A DNA stretch of 63,908 bases, filler included, from Vezdaea acicularis (lineage: Eukaryota): assembly GCA_026025075.1 (NCBI GenBank). It is 5 parts of 5 records of this genome, joined end to end, with 100 filler letters (N's around TTAATTAATTAA, not from the genome) between each part and the next. Parts side by side here need not be neighbours in the genome. Positions count along the whole stretch, not along the records: positions 30,094 to 44,671 come from JAPEUI010000228.1; positions 44,772 to 59,208 come from JAPEUI010000229.1; 3 more parts are not named here. One strand, 5' to 3'. Both the position numbers and the translations under genes were made by a program. Below, in pieces: positions 35,578 through 48,509 of the stretch. The first letter of the stretch is position 1. Every line of letters begins with the position of its first letter. The notes beneath the pieces are model-generated. The model did no database searches. It was not told the origin of the DNA and saw nothing but the letters and a program-made list of their open reading frames with translations.

Positions 35578-36432
35578 ATGTCCATCCTAAGTTCCCCCCT
35601 CCTCCCCCTTCTTCCTCCGCCCATCCTCCTATTCATTTCCTCCCTCGCCTCGCCGCCTCCTTCCTACTTCTCCTCTAAGAACAACGTCTTCAACCTCTTC
35701 TTCGTCAAGATCCTTTGGGCCTGGACAACAGTCGCTTTCTTCCTGCTCCGCCCTACAAGGAATGCCCTCGCGCGCTACCTGGCTTTTACAGCCTATTGGA
35801 TCGTCTGGACGCAATGGTTCTTCGGCCCGCCCATCATCGATCGTGGTTTCACCGTCACGGGCGGCAAGTGCGAGGGCGAGGTGAGCGGGGACCATTTCAC
35901 AAGCTTGGCATGTCGTGCCTCTGGCGGGAAATGGGTCGGCGGTCATGACATCTCCGGGCATGTCTTCCTCCTTTCAATCACCAGCGTCTTCCTTTGGATG
36001 GAGGTGCAGGCCATACAGCTCCAGACCCCCGCAACACAGAGTTATGCCACTAAGCCTGGGCCCATCGAGCTCGAGATCCGGAACAGCTTGCAAAATGCCA
36101 GTCGCGGGGCAGGTTCTCCGGCGAAAGGAACGGCTACACCGAGTACGACAATGGCTAGTAAGGCCCCGAAGCCAGGCCAGTGGACGCTAGAAATGAAGTT
36201 CGCGATGGGTGTCGCTTTGATGAGCCTGTATATGCTGATGATGACGGCGGCGTACTTCCACACGGCGTTTGAGAAGGTGAAGAGCTTCTTGCAACTTTCT
36301 AGATATAGAGCTAATTATTTCAAAAAACAGATATCTGGCGTTATTGTGGCATATGCTGCGATTCTCGCCGTCTACGTACTTCCGATGGTGGTTCCAGCGT
36401 TGCAGAGCTACATTGGAATGGTGAATAGATGA
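35578..36432 (+). CDS. SCS3: FIT-family acyl-CoA diphosphatase Scs3
   Basis: KNNVFNLFFVK; QWFFGPPIIDR; WVGGHDISGHVFLL; YFHTAFEK|ISG after removing the in-frame intron 36277-36330. Confidence 0.88.
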   Translation: MSILSSPLLPLLPPPILLFISSLASPPPSYFSSKNNVFNLFFVKILWAWTTVAFFLLRPTRNALARYLAFTAYWIVWTQWFFGPPIIDRGFTVTGGKCEGEVSGDHFTSLACRASGGKWVGGHDISGHVFLLSITSVFLWMEVQAIQLQTPATQSYATKPGPIELEIRNSLQNASRGAGSPAKGTATPSTTMASKAPKPGQWTLEMKFAMGVALMSLYMLMMTAAYFHTAFEKVKSFLQLSRYRANYFKKQISGVIVAYAAILAVYVLPMVVPALQSYIGMVNR

Positions 36433-36767
36433 CCTTGCTCTCGGGATAGTGCACTGGATGCTCTCGTGAACAGGCGGCTTGGATGCATAGTGTGTTTTTC
36501 TTGGTGGGCGTAGAGCCAGCGATCGCGCGTGGTCTGCTGCGTGAAGTATCAACATAGCGATCGGAGTTAATAATATTATCCCATCTCACATCAAACCAAG
36601 TCATGAAAGTTAATATGCTCTACATATCTCGGTAACTTGGAAGATTCTTGCTGGCCTTTACTCAAACGGTGGATTGCTCGATTCTGTAAAACGTCTTGTA
36701 GAACCCAACGAACGATATCTCAGCTCAAAACGCCGGGTACAAATTATCTCTTTCTCTACCCCCCTCG

Positions 36768-37508
36768 TCAGCATGCACATCCTTCCTTTGCCCCCGCATC
36801 CCTCGCGGCGTTCAAATTAACCCTCGCCTCTCCATCGCCCCCCACCTTGGGCTTTGGCCCCTTAAGCGTGCTCTCCGGGATTCCACTGGCGATGGCCTCA
36901 AAGACTTCACTGACATTCTCGCCCGTCTTAGCGCTCGTTTCGAAGAACAGCAAGCTCTCCTCCTCTGCATACGACTGTCCCTCCTCAGTCGTGATCTTTC
37001 GCCCTTCAAGGTCCATCTTGTTGCCTACAAGTGCGATAACGATGCCGGGGCTAGCTTGCCGCTGAAGCTCCGCTACCCAGTGTTTCGCTTTTGTGAGCGA
37101 GGCCGGCTTGGTGAGGTCATAGACGACGAGAGCGCTCTGCGCGTTGCGGTAGTACATCGGAGCAAGGGATGCGAAGCGTTCTTGGCCTGCCGTGTCCCAT
37201 ATCTCGAATTTGATCGTCCGGGTTGGCAAGTTACACTTCTGGGTTAGGAATGCCGCTGTGGCTGTCAACAACTTTCTTTCAAAGCATTGTTGGATAGCTC
37301 TCACCTCCAATAGTGGGCTCCTTGTTTTCTTGGAAGTCATCATTCACGAATCGGAGGACGAGCGAAGACTAGGGATGTTAGCTGCTAGAATGGCAAGATG
37401 AGAGACTCTCTATGAACTAACCTTCCCCACGGCAGCTTCACCGAGCAAGACCAGCTTCACACTGCTGCTGGGTTTGGCTGCCGACGTGGCCCCACCTGGC
37501 TCTGCCAT
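36768..37508 (-). CDS. VPS21: Rab5-family GTPase (Vps21/Ypt51-like), 212 aa
   Basis: GEAAVGKS, PTIGAAFLTQ, WDTAGQE, GNKMD, ETSAK, C-terminal CAC. Introns 37421-37369 and 37304-37256. Confidence 0.92.
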
Positions 37509-39601
37509 GTGCTTGGACGAAGCTGTTGTCTGATTATATAGAGAAGCTGATGTCACGCAGAACACCGGGCGAAAGAGCCTATACCAGCTTTTTCAAGCTT
37601 GTCCACTGATATAGTCGATGGTACTGCGTCGTGTTATCCCTGTGGGGGTGAATAAGAAAATGATGTCGACAGTTAGATGTTGGATATTGGACGTTGCGAT
37701 CTGAGCATGACGACGTCCGCGGCTAAGACAGATTCGCGTATTTACTCAAACATGGTTTGTCCAGACTTCGCCCTCTCCAATCATATTAATGTTACATTTT
37801 ACATGCACGAGGACGGTTCAATTCCGTCCGTCCAATTCCTAAAACGCCTTTGGATATGATGGGATTTTCTTAATTTTAGAAAGGGTTAAAATGACCAAGC
37901 GTTATGGGGGATTCGTGCAACAATGCTTCTCGTGGAACAGGCCACAAAATGCTGTAGCCCCCCTTCGCAAGAGATAAAGTCATATCAACAGTTCCGGCCG
38001 ATTGTACCCGACATTCAAGCTCGGAGACTAAATAGGAAAATCAAACCGAACCAAAGTTTTTTCGATCACCAGGAGCTCTGGAAGGGTTCATACGGGGCTC
38101 GCTGCATTGCGTATATGTGCGATTCCCAGGCACAGTCCTATTCTAGGGTCTTCACCCCGTTCTGTGCCGGATACCCGTGGAAGTACAAGAATCTGGGGGC
38201 GGAACTCAGAGCACTTGGTCCACCCATGTAGTTTTCTGGAAAACCTGCGCTTTATCGTGAGATCATGCAGTTATCCTTCTTCGCGTCACCATGCGCGGCA
38301 CCTACCCTCCCAAAGGATGAAAGGAACAGTTTCAGGCTTTCGGAGAGTGGGTGCTAAATGATCTTCCAGTCTCGTTTCACGATACCCCACATGCGCAGAT
38401 CATGTACTCAGAAGGTGTGCCCTAAGCTGGCGTGGGTCAGGGGCAGTCACAGATACACACAAACTCGCGAGGAGCTCGCACCCACGCAAGTCCTATGTAC
38501 CTTGTCATAATCCGCCGCACCTCGCCTCCCAAATCATATTCACCATGCATCTCCGAGCAACTTGCTGCTTTACCTCATCAACTGTCCGATCAGACGATGA
38601 GGAGGACTACCATTTCACTGATTAGTCTTAGCGGAGTGAAAGGACTTTACAGGTAAGCAAGCCAACGCCCTTCTCATCTCCCCATTACTTGACGAAGCAC
38701 GTAGATCAACTTCAGTCACTCCCCGTCAATTGTGTGATGAAGCTTGCATCAGGTATCCACCTGCCACGTTCCCCGACCGACGGAGGGTGGAAGGTGAGAA
38801 GGCACATCACATCCTGAAACTTTTTCTTTGCTGGGCCGCTGATAATTGTGGCCTGACTTTGTGGTATGGTCGGGTGTTCTAGACATGAATCAGCTGTAGG
38901 GATTCTATCAGAGTAGTAGACACAAGCGACTGTCGATCGCCGCAGCGCCGTAGCCCCAGCGATGCCCAGCGATTCTGTACCAAAGCGGTTGGTCAGGACG
39001 CGGCTGTAACAAACGGATGAATACGCTTGCAAAGACGCAACGACCCAGCGTTCTTTAGAAGAGGTCCAGGAACGCCATCGGTCGACCCGGTATCCGCGCG
39101 TGGGACTTGCATCTTAGTTTCCCCGGGAGCATCAAGCCGACGTGCAAGGGTCGCAGCCAAGGACAACCGCGATCAAGCCACCGGCAGAAAATTTTTTCGG
39201 AACGAAGAAAAAGGGCTGGAGTGCGAGATTACGGCATGTCCGCTATTTCTCAGGTGGGGACTTGACTCCTCAGCAGCCTCATCGGCTTGGTGGGGGCGGA
39301 CGGGGGATTTTTCCGTTGAGTTAATCGGAATGAGACCAATTAGAAAATCCGGCCGACGAAATTGGCCGTTATCATCGTCCGCGCCAAAAGCAAGCAGCAG
39401 GCGTTCGTTTACCAACGCCGATTCTTATTTCCTTTTGGCACGGCGGTGACTCCCGGGCAACTCTAGAACTCGAACTGGAGACTGATCAGAGCCCCCCCCG
39501 CGCCTCTCTCTTATCGGACGTGGGATAGCTGTGCCATTCTGACCAGGATCAGGATGAGAAGGGTGTTGGATGCTGTGCTGTGTCCCTGAAGCACAAGCAA
39601 C

Positions 39602-39647
39602 GAAGCATGAAGCAGGAAGCATGAAGCACGAAGCACCAAGCACCAAG
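39602..39647. repeat. Imperfect 7-mer (GAAGCAN)n tract
   Basis: gaagcatgaagcaggaagcatgaagcacgaagcaccaagcaccaag. Confidence 0.75.
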
Positions 39648-39867
39648 TGTGAAGCAAACAAAGGCGGAAGGAGTAGGACGATACCCCCGATACACCATCC
39701 ACTATCGCATGTCGGCAAATCTCTTTCCCATTCAGATTTACAAAGGAGATGAGGGAAGCCGATCGGGACAGCAAATCCTTCGGCAATCGAGAGAGCGCGA
39801 CAGCAAATGCCGTTCGCAGGGCAGGATGCGGCTGGCAGGCTGTCTTGGCAGGCTCAGGCCTCGATGT

Positions 39868-39896
39868 GACGATGGACGATGGACGATGGACGATGG
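39868..39896. repeat. (GACGATG)4 minisatellite
   Basis: gacgatggacgatggacgatggacgatgg. Confidence 0.85.
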
Positions 39897-42185
39897 CGCG
39901 CTGCGAGATGGATGCAAGGTACCGGGCGCCCTGTGCTGCGAGATGTGCAAGATGGGGACGCGCACGCTAAGACCAACATCGATCCCGTCCAGCCATGCGA
40001 CATTTTAATGCGAGCACGGACGACCAATGCGAAATCTCTATCCTCCGCGCGCAAGAGTGGTTCTGAGCGCATTTCTGACGCCGGGCATGCCGGCCACGCT
40101 TTGTCCCTCCCGTCGATCCTGTTCGAGTGAATTTTCCCCGGACTTTGCTCTTCTCACGGACGGAGGACGCCAGGGCCAGCTAGGGTACCGTCAATCTCCC
40201 CCCTCTCGACATCGCGAGTGCTGTATGGGATGAGGGCGCGGATGGAACCACGGGCGCGCATGAGACAAATATTCCGTAGTCAAGCCAACGGTGATTCCGG
40301 GTTCCCTCGGGCGCCTAGGAAACATGGCGACGTTTCCGCCTTCCACGCGTGGCGAACGCTCGATCGTGCGCCGTTGTCGAGCGTTGTCTCTTCACTTGCG
40401 CCGCTCGCTGCGTCGAAAGCCAATCGCAGGGCGTAACCGGGGACGAGGCCGACGTCCAAGAGTCGGCCGGGATGGCTCGATAGAGTTCAGGCTCACGGAT
40501 CCCGCCAGGCCGGTTGGTGGTCCAGCGGCGGACGACGGTGGCTCTTCAAATTGCGGAGAAAGAAGGTGAGGCCGAAGGATTCCCTCGTGTCATCGCTGCA
40601 GCCCGTTCTGCGGCCGCGGGCACAGTTTGTTAAAACACACGTCCTTCGGCTGCCTGGCTTGCGCTTGCACATCGCTGGCATCCTGATGGACGCGCGCCCC
40701 ACGATCAGGAATGCCCGCCCTGCGACGAACGATAAGATGAGGAGATACCGCATCCGTGCGTGCGTCGGTGATGCCTCGACGATGCGTCCGCTTGTAACCC
40801 GGTACAGATGGCACGCTCTCCCCGTCTGCCCTGTCTGGCCCCGGCGCGATTCCCGTGACTTCTGACACATCCTTGATACCGCCTCGCTTACCCACGACGG
40901 GTCACGGTGTAGATCGACGGGGTGACAGCGTCGGGCCCCACCCCCCCTCCCTTCCACCCCTTGGGAGGTTCCAAAAAGGAAGACGTGGAAGAAGCATGGA
41001 AGTCAAGTGTTTCGTCTGCTATCGTCGACGGCGAGAAGCCGCGGGCGCGGGTGCGGGCGCCGACGCGGACGGCCGCGAGGGCTGAGACGGCGAGCGGAAG
41101 CACAGGTGGTGGCTGTCCCACGCAGCGAAACACCGCTGTCTTAACGGGCCTCCCGAACACGGTGTTGTCTCTCGCTCGTCGCCGCGCCACTCCATCGAGC
41201 GTTCCACTGTCGCTCCCAGACATCCGACATGGCGCGGCGAGCCTCCGCCGCGACGCCATCGCACGTTGGCCGCTCGCATCGCTCGGGCGCGGTCCCACGT
41301 CTGCGGTGATGATAGGCGTCGGGGATTAGGGGTCCAGCGCGCCGGCCGGGGCAGGTTCTGACAGAGACGGTGGCTTGCAGATGGACCTTTCGATCGGGAA
41401 CGTAGCGCCCATGCCGGGGCCGGGGGGGGGCAGAAAGGGGGAAAGAAAACCCAGAGAACTACGGCAACGGTGTGTGTAATCGGCCGTAACCGGTCGTACG
41501 GCCGCGCAGTGGAGCCCTCTTTGCTTTGTACGGCGAACGGAGCAGCCCTGGTGCGTGGAGCCGCGGGGAGTTGCTGGGCGGGCGGCGAGAGGGGTGCGGC
41601 GAGAGGCGCGAGGCGAGAGAGGGGGAGAAGGGGAGGAGAAGGGGGCATGGAAGCGGACTAGGCGAGCAGGCGGCGGCCGGATCGGGGAAGGCGCGGCAGA
41701 CGCCGGCGGCCTCATGCAGGAACCCAACCCAACCGACCGGTAAAGCTCCTCGACGCCTCTTTGCCGGGATGGGCGACGGTCTAGTGGATGGGCCGCATCC
41801 CGGACGCTTTTGGGGTCGCCGACTGGATTTTCGCTGTGAATTTCGCTTTTTCTGCCAGTCGAGAGGATCGCAGGAAGAGTGGGAAGAGTGGAAAGGGCAG
41901 CTCATCCATCCTGGCCAATCCCCCGCGACGGCTCTTTCTGCCTCGGCCGCCGTCGCGCGGTGACTCGTCTCGCGCTGGGGCAGCGATCCCATCCCTCGAT
42001 CCAGATATACAGCGAGTGCGAGTGCGCGGCCCTGTCGTCTCCTCTGGCCCCCTCTTCCCTCCCATCCCTGAGCCCTGGTCAGGTCGCCAGCATCGAGTGA
42101 GGCCATCGAACCGGGCAATCAGCCCTTCAAAAGCCTCCTCCCTGTTCTGACACATTCCTACCCAACGTGCGCCGGCTAGCTGGAG

Positions 42186-42237
42186 GCGGACGCGGACGTG
42201 GACGTGGACGTGGGCGTGGGCGTGGGCGTGGACGTGG
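42186..42237. repeat. (GYGGRC)n hexamer tract
   Basis: gcggac x2, gtggac x2, gtgggc x3, gtggac. Confidence 0.85.
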
Positions 42238-42786
42238 TTGTGGGAGACAAATGCATTTGCAGGCAGCATCCAGCATTTGCGGATGAGCAGCGCAACGCAC
42301 GGCGGACGCAGCAGCCGGGGTTGGGGGGGGCCGCTATGTGAAACTGCCCCTGTCCGTCCGTCTCTCGCGACTCCCCGTCAGAATTTTTTCTGCGTCATAT
42401 TCCAGTCCGACCCATGGGCTCCATCATCCGTTTTGCCTTTTTGCCTTTTCGTGCGCCCTGCCTGCCCGGCCCTGCGTCGCGCTCGTCGCCCTTCGGAGGC
42501 CCAGCGCTCCATCGTGCTACTGGAGTTGAAACCCGCCGCCTTGGACGGAGAGGGATAGGCTCCCGTTAATCTCCTGCCTGCCTGCCTGCTGACTCGCGCG
42601 CCGAATCACCCTACGCTTCCTGGGCCCGCCGCCCGCCCGCGACACCCCCGTGTGCAGTGACGGCGCCGGCGCGCGCAACCCTAGCACCCGCCGCTTGAAC
42701 GCAAGATCCTGTCCCGCGCTACGACGAATAAGGGGAGGGAGGGGGGGCAGGTGGGAGCGGCGGCCCTGCATCAACGCGCCGGCTCT

Positions 42787-42985
42787 TATATATCTCGACC
42801 GGGTCCCTACTTTTCTCATCCTCATTCTCGCCGCTCCCTCGCCGTCACAACTTACTCCCTCTCCCACCGACCTCTTCCGCCCGCCCTTCCGTCCGCCTCC
42901 TCTTTCTTCTCTCGTGTTTGATCACAAATACCTCTCCGTCGGCTGCCTACCGTTGCTGGTCTGCGCCTTTTAAAATATATATCCT
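42787..42985 (+). promoter_or_regulatory. Putative core promoter (TATA + CT-rich tract) of a gene lying beyond the contig end
   Basis: TATATA at 42787, pyrimidine tract 42810-42915, AAG|GTGAGT donor-like site at 43235. Confidence 0.35.
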
Positions 42986-44671
42986 CCTTTCCTGCCGCCA
43001 ACATCAGGAAATCACCCTCACTCAAACCGCAACACCCGCCCGTACATCACTTCACGGACGTGCCCCTTCCAAGCGTGGTCTTGTCCCCATCAACTCAAAA
43101 TATCTGACGGTACCACTCACTACACGGCGGCGGGCCTGAGGCACGGTCTTGGTAATCCGTCACGAGCACCAACTAGCCCAAATCAAGGGGCCCATCCACA
43201 ACTCTACGAATCCTCCAGAAGCTTGATTCTCAAGGTGAGTCAGATGCGAGAGTTGCCTATATAGCCTCGACAAGCCCCCCCCTTTCGAGTGTTTTCGGTT
43301 CCAAAGACTGACTCTTCTCCCTCCGCTGCGTAGCTCCAGATCCTTCATCATGATCGTCAGAGAGGAACAAGTGCCCAACATGGGTCGCGGCGCGTACGAT
43401 ACAACGGGTGTGCAGAAGCCCAAACCACCGACCCCGAAGCCTTCAAGGCGATAGTACACGGACTTTCGCCCCTACCGCTCTCGCCTCCGTGCCACCACCA
43501 ACCACAACACGACCGATGATGGTGGGCATCATCTGGGGCAGGCGAGGGGTGTGGCACTTCGGAGCTGCACAACAGTATGTCTATCCTTTTCAGCTGCAGA
43601 ATGTCTTGGAACCCTCGTACTGACCCTGCACCTCAGAGCCAATTTCATCGTCCCCCTATGGCCCTCGCCCAACGACCTCTATAACACTAATTGCCGCCTG
43701 AAATTTCTCCGTCGAATCTCCTACAGCTGTATCAGTACCATTCAGACGAGGCAACGAAAAAAGTTCCACCCTGCATAATAATCCCTTTTTTATTTTATAA
43801 ATTTCGGCATCTCTCTCATTGGCATTCCTGGCGACGGATCCCCTTGCATTTTCTTCCATCCTTGCGATCACATTTCGACCGCTTTCCACACGCCGTCACT
43901 TTTCGTCATCGTCATCGCCATCCATCATATCATAAAAGTGCTTTTAGTTCAACAATCGGCGTTATGCACAGAACTCTTGGGACGGACTACTTTCACAGCA
44001 GGCAGCACTTTCACCCTTCTTTCGCCCCCCCCCATTCACCCCCATCCCCATCATGCCCCCTCGCGAGTGCGCATCTCCTATTCTTTCCTTTTGAAGATAC
44101 CATAGAATCTCTTCACTCGATTCGTTTCGGCCCCCAGAACAGTTTTTCCTTACTTGGCGGCGGATGGGTTTTTTGGGTTATGCGAGCAGGGCGGGAAGGA
44201 AGGGAGACGCGGCGACCGCCTTCCAGCGCTCGTAACATTACGGTTTTTCGGAAACACCAGAAAGGGAGAACCCCGGAGGACTCAGCCACGCACTCACACG
44301 ACAGCGGTGTCTGACGTGTCCAGACTCGGGAAAATGACTCAGTTCCGCTTGGAAACACTCATCCCTCGTGTTCGCGGCCGGTAGTCGCGTGGGGTTTCTT
44401 GCCTTTTTTTCCTTTTGACTCTATCTTTCGCCGCCTGCTTTTGCGGAACGCAAGGGTCTGTTGCTGCTGCGCACTGGGAGCAGAAAGGAAGCTGCTGCGG
44501 GATGATGGGCTGGGACCGTGCCTCCTTCTGACGGCTTTTTATTTTCTGCGTCACTTTGTATCATCGCCGTCGCGTTTCCCTCATCACCGGTTAGAATTAG
44601 AGACAGCTCCTATAGCTGCGAGCGCAAGCTTGTAATAGTCCATCCACGTTTTATTTCCTGCCACTACTATT

Positions 44672-44771
44672 NNNNNNNNNNNNNNNNNNNNNNNNNNNNN
44701 NNNNNNNNNNNNNNNTTAATTAATTAANNNNNNNNNNNNNNNNNNNNNNNNNNNNNNNNNNNNNNNNNNNN
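44672..44771. other. Artificial contig-joining spacer
   Basis: N44-TTAATTAATTAA-N44. Confidence 0.98.
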
Positions 44772-46432
44772 CTGGTGCTTATTCTCTGACTATCTCCCTC
44801 CCCGCCCGGGGAGGGGGGGGGCGAAGATAGGACGTGGATTTGCTATCACTTTTGGAGAATGGTTTCCTGCTGCTTTGGGAGTTGGGGTACTGGAGCGAAG
44901 GAGTTGTTGGAGGGGGAGCCGGTGGAGGGAGGTGAGGGGAGGCGAGGGGAGAGTGTGTGGTTTGTGGGGGTTGTGAGAGGGTTGGCGCTGGATCTTGTGG
45001 TAAAGGGGGGGGCTGAGTTGAGGAGGGGAGGGGGAGGTAGGTAAATCCTATGTTATAAGTCGCCTTTCAGGATATACAAAAAAAGACTGATCTAGAAATC
45101 GGGGACCACATTCCGCAAAGCGATATCCTCTGGAAGTGTTCTCTTGTAGTAAGGCGGATAGAGACCGTCACCCCCCCCCCCCCGGGGGGCATGCTTATTC
45201 CACGGCCGCCCCCGGCCCGTTCCGAGTCGATTCAAGTACAGCGTCAACGGAAAGAGAAAGAGATGTCATTCTCCTCCTCGAGGACGACTAGCTTCCTCCT
45301 ACCTACTCGCGCAGTAACAACCGCAGTGGATACAGGCCGCATAACGCCAAGCTAAGGTGACCTCTCACAGATAAGTCTTAGCAAGGAGGGGTGTTAACGA
45401 CGGTGAAGGCCTCCACCAAGCTAACCCCCATCCACAAAACCTTCGCGACTGCAACTGTTCCCCTCGCAGGTCTGAAGTGGTCAAGCGCCTCTACACGACG
45501 TGATAGAGCGTATACCACATAGATACGGGGCTGGACAGGACTTCATACCATCTGCTTGGCTATTCAGGCTTAAGCTGTGCCCAGATCTAGGGTACCCTAG
45601 GAAGTTCTTCTCTGTATATTCGAAAAAGGGCGCTGTTCTGCCTAGTAAAGGGGTACATGTAACACTTCATCCAAGGCGGGCGGTTTAAATGGGAGGTTCT
45701 CCGCATCACGGGAGATCAAGTTGTAGGTCATGTATGCTTCGATGCCGCATTTATGCGGGGTACAGGTAGCTACTAAGGTATTTTGGTGTGTGCTGCTAGT
45801 TAGAAGCAGCTTGAACGACTAGGGATAAAGACATAGTGGACTTTCTTCAATCGAAGCTAAGAGCGAAGCAAATGAAAAAAGGGCCGCGAAGTGAGAATTC
45901 ACTATCGCACTTCCTGGTTTATTGGAATTTAGTGGTCAATTAAGAGGAAAGCCTTAAGGTCCGTCGGAGAACGGGAGTCAGCGAGTACCACAATAGCTAG
46001 AACCAGACGTCTCTCTCTCGACAAATATCGCCGACTACAGCGAACGAGCACGCCATAAGAGTCTTCCCACAGTTGTCAGCGCGCTGAATGACCTCCCTTC
46101 ACGAGCCCTTCTGAGCTTCCATTCAGTCCGTTTGCACGCTGTGATCAGCCACTCTTGGAACGAGATGAGGGCCTGACGCGCGCAAAGGAGAAGTAGCTGC
46201 GGTCGGCGTGACAATTTTCGTTCCAGTCCCGCCTTGCTACACTGCCACACGACTGGCATCACAAAGACACTTGGACTGGGAATGCTCAGGAGAGCGTGGT
46301 TTGGAAAGTCGTGGTGTTATGCACATCAATCAATCAAGCAGTCGATCAGGAGACAATACGTGCCTTCTTTTAGAATGAATCGTGATCGCAGTCGCCGTGC
46401 CAGAATAGGGAAACCCACATGAACTCCTAATC

Positions 46433-47734
46433 TCACTCCGGGCCGCGTTTCGACCTCCCCTTGTTCTCCTCTGCTACTTCGTCTTCACTTTCTTCTTCGC
46501 CCACATCTCCCCACCCGGAGCTTCGCCGACTCATCTTGCCTGTGTGTTGCTCTTTCATGCTTACCTCTCTTGGGCTTGCCAAAGGGCTATTGGTTGCGCC
46601 AGCGCTGCCTGGCACACTGTCGTTTCGGCTGTGTCCGAGAAAGCCGCTGTGCATACTGGCGCCATCACCGCCAGTGGTCGTCGCCTTCCCAGCGTAGTAG
46701 CTGCTACGCTCGCTGGTCAAAGCTGGAGCAATGCCGGCCGTAGAGTAAACGCTGGCACGCTCATTGCCAGTCATACCGCCCACGGAGGGACGGCCTTGGT
46801 GCATTCCGCTAGCCGTTGGGACAGGATTATCGATGTTCGAGCTTAGTACGCTGAGGGGAAGGCTTTCCCGAGAGCCACCCCATACGGAGGAAGGCGCAAG
46901 CGCACGCACTGACGCGTCAGTATCAAGCGAGTGCCGACGGCGTCTTTTCGAGGACGAGGCAAGGGTGAGGATGGAGGCGTTGTCTGTGAGGAGGTTGTTC
47001 GCTATGGCCGAGCTGTAAGTGGTTGGGTTGCCGCCAGGCAGGTGCTGAGGGGCGAGGTGGGAGGGAATGGCAGAGGCGGAGGGCGGTGAAGATGGAAATT
47101 GGTTGATGTACTGTTGGTAGTGAGATGGTCCCGTCTGCGCACTATGTACCACAGCGCCATTCTGCTGAATAGTACCGGGCCCTAGTATGCCCGCTGGAGC
47201 TGTAGATTGAATAGTTGTAAGAGTAGTCGTCAAGGAGCGGACGGATGGTGCTGGCGAGGAAAACGTACTGCCCGCGCCTCCGCCGCAATGCGTGCTCATG
47301 CCACCGCCTAATGTACCACTGGCATCACCACCGGATGAAGCTTTTATTGATGTCGGGGTGCCAGTGGGGATGGTGTCGGGATTTGTAGATACCGTTGGAG
47401 CTGCGGATTTCGCGCTGAGCTCTCGCGGTCCAAGGCCGTCGGTGGACGAACGCGCAGACTCTCGCTCATTGACAGAGTAGCTGCTTCTTTGCTCGGGAGG
47501 AGAAGCGAAAGAGAGTGGACCTTTGCTGGTCAAATCTTCGTCGTGATTGTAGAGATGGGCTGAGGCAGGATATGGGTTATTCCGTTCGGCTGCGGATTTC
47601 TTCGATTTTGACATGGGAGTGAGCCTGGTGGAGTGATTTTGAGAGGGGGCTTCTGAGGACGAGCCCTTTAAGCTGGCTATCTTTTTCATCCATGTTGAGA
47701 ATGGTCTCCTCCGAGAGTTTCGATCTTTTGTCAT
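46433..47734 (-). CDS. Conserved fungal low-complexity protein of unknown function, ~433 aa
   Basis: Single ORF with blocks I recall from Pezizomycotina hypotheticals: RRRPFSTWMKK, STFSSPAPSVRSLTTTLTTIQS, TDNASILTLASSSKRRRRHSLDTDASVRALAPSS. Confidence 0.75.
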   Translation of the reverse strand: MTKDRNSRRRPFSTWMKKIASLKGSSSEAPSQNHSTRLTPMSKSKKSAAERNNPYPASAHLYNHDEDLTSKGPLSFASPPEQRSSYSVNERESARSSTDGLGPRELSAKSAAPTVSTNPDTIPTGTPTSIKASSGGDASGTLGGGMSTHCGGGAGSTFSSPAPSVRSLTTTLTTIQSTAPAGILGPGTIQQNGAVVHSAQTGPSHYQQYINQFPSSPPSASAIPSHLAPQHLPGGNPTTYSSAIANNLLTDNASILTLASSSKRRRRHSLDTDASVRALAPSSVWGGSRESLPLSVLSSNIDNPVPTASGMHQGRPSVGGMTGNERASVYSTAGIAPALTSERSSYYAGKATTTGGDGASMHSGFLGHSRNDSVPGSAGATNSPLASPREVSMKEQHTGKMSRRSSGWGDVGEEESEDEVAEENKGRSKRGPE

Positions 47735-48509
47735 AATTTTGTTAGTGGGATGGAGCAAATGGAGTGCGAGAGTTCACTATTATCGACTAACCATGAGGCC
47801 TTGCCGGAGCTGCCGCTGTCGCCATAGACAGTCTTTAGGCTAAGTGTATATATGGCTATGCGCAGACTTGAGCACGGTACTAGATCCAATAGAAAGCCTG
47901 TAAAGGTAAGCACCGTATCCGGCTTATAGTTTTGCTTGTGAGAATGTGGCTAGTTAAGACAGCGTCGCGACGTGGATGGGCGGTAGGGGCTCGTTCTGAC
48001 GGAGCTACTTTGTATGCCGTGTTACAGAGCTGAAAGGATGCGAAATGAGAATGAAGATGGGGATCAACTGGGCTGCATATAAGATTGCGAGGGTATAGTG
48101 CTGAACGAATGAACCGCTGATGGGTAGTAAGGTGCTCAAGAAATAAAATCACTGGGTTCCGCAGTAACGGTCCGATGCGGATTTAAGCTCATGCACGCCC
48201 TGTGGGAAACGCCGCTTAAATCTTGTCTCATTCACGCAACTCTGATTACGAGCGAAAATCCTGAGATTCAACATCGAACATTCCACCGAAATACTGGGCT
48301 TCTACAATACTTAATTGTAAAGCGCTAAACTGTAAAGAGCTGAAGAAGCCCTTTGAAAGGTTATACAACGATCTCATACATGGGGGAGGCACGACGAACA
48401 CACCAACCTTTAATCCGAAAACGGCAGCCACCTTGAAGCTAGGGCCTAGGAAGCTTATGGATACAATATTTCTGTTATGGCAATATAACCTAGATCTTCA
48501 AATGCCAGT

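Noticed and set aside
40291..42973. Dense ORFs in all six frames
   Set aside because: GC-rich stop-poor sequence; no recognisable domains or consistent splice structure.
44772..46000. G/C homopolymers and palindrome CTAGGGTACCCTAG (45587-45600) as a transposon relic
   Set aside because: No terminal repeats, TSD or transposase-like translation found.
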